A stretch of DNA of 64,000 bases, from assembly GCA_035636195.1 (NCBI GenBank), contig DASPZP010000034.1, positions 715-64,714 of the forward strand, in the 5' to 3' direction. Below, one piece after another: positions 62,228 through 64,000 of the stretch. A program made the translations under genes and the position numbers. Every line of letters begins with the position of its first letter. The stretch's first letter is position 1. The notes below the pieces were generated by a model, which saw only the letters and a list, made by a program, of their open reading frames with translations, ran no database searches and was not told where the DNA came from. The stretch comes from Anaeromyxobacteraceae bacterium (GTDB taxonomy: Bacteria > Myxococcota > Myxococcia > Myxococcales > Anaeromyxobacteraceae).

Positions 62228-64000
62228 ATGACGTCGCAGGACGCGGGTGGACGGAGCGGCACACGAATCGCGGCGCGCGCCGACGCGGAGCTCCTCATCG
62301 CGCTGGCGGAGGAGCTCAACCAGGACGTCAACCTGACGCAGGTGATCGCGACCGCCTTGAAGCGAGGCGTCGAGCTGCTCGGCGGCGTAGATGGGGCGCT
62401 CTTCCTGCTGGAGCGAGACCCTCGGATCCTCCGCGGCGCCCAGGAGCTCTGGCCGAAGGGGCGTGCCGGCGCCGTCCTCGAGCTGGAGCGCCTCCCCACC
62501 ACCGCGACGGCGCTCGAGGCGGAGACGCCGCGCTTCTGCACCCGCGCCGAGGCGGTCGGGGACGAAGCGGCCTGGATGGACGCGATCGGTGTGTGCGCGT
62601 CGCTCGTCGTGCCGATGCTCGTCGAGCGCGACTGCGCCGGGTTCGTCTTCGTCAACTACTCGGATCCGCTCCGGTGCCCATCCGCCGACGAGCTGCGCCT
62701 GGCCAGGTACCTCGGGGGCCAGTGCGGGCTCGCGATCGCGCGCGCCCAGGTCTACGACGCCGAGCGCGTCGCTCGCGCTCGCGCCGAGGTGCTCGAGCGC
62801 GAGGCCCAGCTCGCGACCGCGCGCGTCTCCAGGCTCCAGGATTTCACCGCCGCGCTCTCGTCCGCCACGACGATGAAGGAGGTGGCCCGCGTCCTGTTCG
62901 AGCAGGGTCTCGAGCAGCTCGGGGCGAAGGGGCTGGGGATCGTCTGGATGATGCGCCCCGGTGAGCTGCAGCTCGTGTTCGGCCGCGGCGTGAGCGAGCC
63001 GGAGTTCCGGTTCCTGGACGCGGCGGCGCGCGCCGGCAAGCGCCTCCCCATCCGCGACGCGCTCCTCGGGCGACGCTCCGTCTGGCTCGAGAGCGCCGAC
63101 GAGATCCGGGCGCAGTATCCAGCGCTGGAGCCGCTCCGGGCGCGGCGCGGAGAATCCGGCTGCGCGGTCGTGCCGCTGGTCGTGGGCGCTCACTGTCCCG
63201 GCGTGATCGCGTTCACGTTCGCGCAGGGCCGCCGCCTCTCCTCCGCCGAGCGCAACTTCGTGGAGACGCTGGCCCAGCTGAGCGCGCAGGCGTTCCACCG
63301 GGCGCGGCTCTTCGAGGCCGAGCAGGAGGCGCGCCGCGAGGCGGAGCGCATCGGCCGGCTCCAGGAGCAGCTCGTGGCGGTCGTGGGCCACGATCTGCGC
63401 ACCCCGCTCTCGGCCATCCGCCTGGGGGCGGGGCTCCTGCTGGAGAACGGTGGGCTCTCGGCACACCAGGCCGCGACCGTCACCCGCATCTGCCACAGCG
63501 CCGAGCGCATGAGCGCGATCGTTCGCGACCTGCTCGACGTCAGTCGCGCCAGGCAGGGCCTCGGGATCTCCGTCCGGTGCGAGCCCGCCGATCTCGGGGA
63601 GATCGCGCGCCGCGCGCTGCTGGAGTTCTCGGACGCCGAACACGACGGGCGGCTCTCGCTCATCGTCACGGGCGACGCGATCCTCGAGTGCGACGAGGCG
63701 CGCCTCGTGCGGGTCATCTCGAACCTGGTCGGGAACGCGCTCAAGCACGGTGCTGGCGCGCCCGTCCTCGTCGCGATCGACGCTGGCGAGGCCGAGGTGC
63801 GCCTCCGGGTCCACAACGACGGCCCTCCGATTCCGGCCGCCGAGCTGGCCCACCTCTTCGAGCCCTTCACGCGGGGCGACGAGCACCGCGCGAACGACGC
63901 TCAGGGTGGAGGGATCGGGCTCGGCCTCTTCATCGTGCGCGAGGTCGTCCTCGCCCACGGCGGCACGGTGGGCGTGCAGTCGCAGGAGGGGCAGGGGACG
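62228..64000 (+). CDS. Tandem-GAF sensor histidine kinase (partial, continues past the right edge; absent from the ORF track)
   Basis: My own translation from ATG 62228 is open to the window end: MTSQDAGGRSG...GAF-like regions...H-box LVAVVGHDLRTPLSAI, N-box ISNLVGNALKHG and G-boxes NDGPPI, GGGIGLGLFIVREVV. Confidence 0.85.
   Translation, partial: MTSQDAGGRSGTRIAARADAELLIALAEELNQDVNLTQVIATALKRGVELLGGVDGALFLLERDPRILRGAQELWPKGRAGAVLELERLPTTATALEAETPRFCTRAEAVGDEAAWMDAIGVCASLVVPMLVERDCAGFVFVNYSDPLRCPSADELRLARYLGGQCGLAIARAQVYDAERVARARAEVLEREAQLATARVSRLQDFTAALSSATTMKEVARVLFEQGLEQLGAKGLGIVWMMRPGELQLVFGRGVSEPEFRFLDAAARAGKRLPIRDALLGRRSVWLESADEIRAQYPALEPLRARRGESGCAVVPLVVGAHCPGVIAFTFAQGRRLSSAERNFVETLAQLSAQAFHRARLFEAEQEARREAERIGRLQEQLVAVVGHDLRTPLSAIRLGAGLLLENGGLSAHQAATVTRICHSAERMSAIVRDLLDVSRARQGLGISVRCEPADLGEIARRALLEFSDAEHDGRLSLIVTGDAILECDEARLVRVISNLVGNALKHGAGAPVLVAIDAGEAEVRLRVHNDGPPIPAAELAHLFEPFTRGDEHRANDAQGGGIGLGLFIVREVVLAHGGTVGVQSQEGQGT

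Noticed and set aside
62213-63958. 581-aa minus-strand ORF listed in the track at the right end
   Set aside because: The + strand frame from ATG 62228 is open to the window edge and contains the H, N and G boxes of a histidine kinase. It is missing from the track only because it has no stop in the window. The minus ORF is its antisense shadow.
1-64000. CRISPR arrays, rRNA genes, intact IS elements or known defence-system gene sets
   Set aside because: No regularly spaced direct repeats, no rRNA-like sequence and no intact transposase were seen on either strand. No nuclease, helicase or methylase clusters typical of restriction-modification, Cas, CBASS, Thoeris or similar systems were seen either.

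Overview
This is a very GC-rich window (roughly 70% by eye, not computed) whose gene content looks Myxococcota-like: DUF4388/PATAN, several Roadblock/LC7 proteins, a Ser/Thr kinase, many GAF/PAS histidine kinases and TamAB. That taxon guess is inference only. No rRNA, intact tRNA or CRISPR array was seen. 

**Layout:**
- **1-22.6 kb: decayed accessory region.** Three direct 45-bp copies of the 3-prime half of a tRNA-Gly(CCC) sit at 318, 12578 and 15688. They carry conserved arm sequences and look like tandem integration scars. Gene wrecks lie between and around them:
  - a tyrosine integrase with an in-frame TAA
  - an IS91-type transposase remnant
  - a histidine kinase/receiver deletion fusion
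  - a ruvC stub
  - an RHH remnant
  - a PagL fragment
  - an internally deleted GH15
- **Intact cargo in the same region.** This includes a PagL-like deacylase next to a radical SAM gene, and a tightly coupled operon (corrinoid protein, UroD-family methyltransferase, RACo-type activase, GAF histidine kinase) directly downstream of tex.
- **22.7-33.5 kb: six-gene beta-glucan operon.** It is translationally coupled and encodes a solute-binding protein, two permeases, a secreted CBM/discoidin hydrolase, a large GH94 phosphorylase and a GH1 beta-glucosidase.
- **33.5-50.2 kb.** A FIST-like protein and a hybrid kinase, then TamA/TamB, an HDAC-family protein, a HAD dehalogenase and a GH144-like glucanase divergent from opgGH.
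- **50.3-56.7 kb: putative six-gene signalling operon.** It carries three Roadblock/LC7 domains, a PATAN protein, a Ser/Thr kinase, an output-less HAMP sensor and a periplasmic paralog of its sensor domain. No small GTPase is present.
- **56.8-62.1 kb.** An orphan DctP-type binding protein, then DctA and a FixL/FixJ-type two-component pair.
- **62.2-64 kb.** A GAF histidine kinase runs off the right edge and is missing from the ORF track.

Many long ORFs in the track are antisense, GC-driven artefacts.
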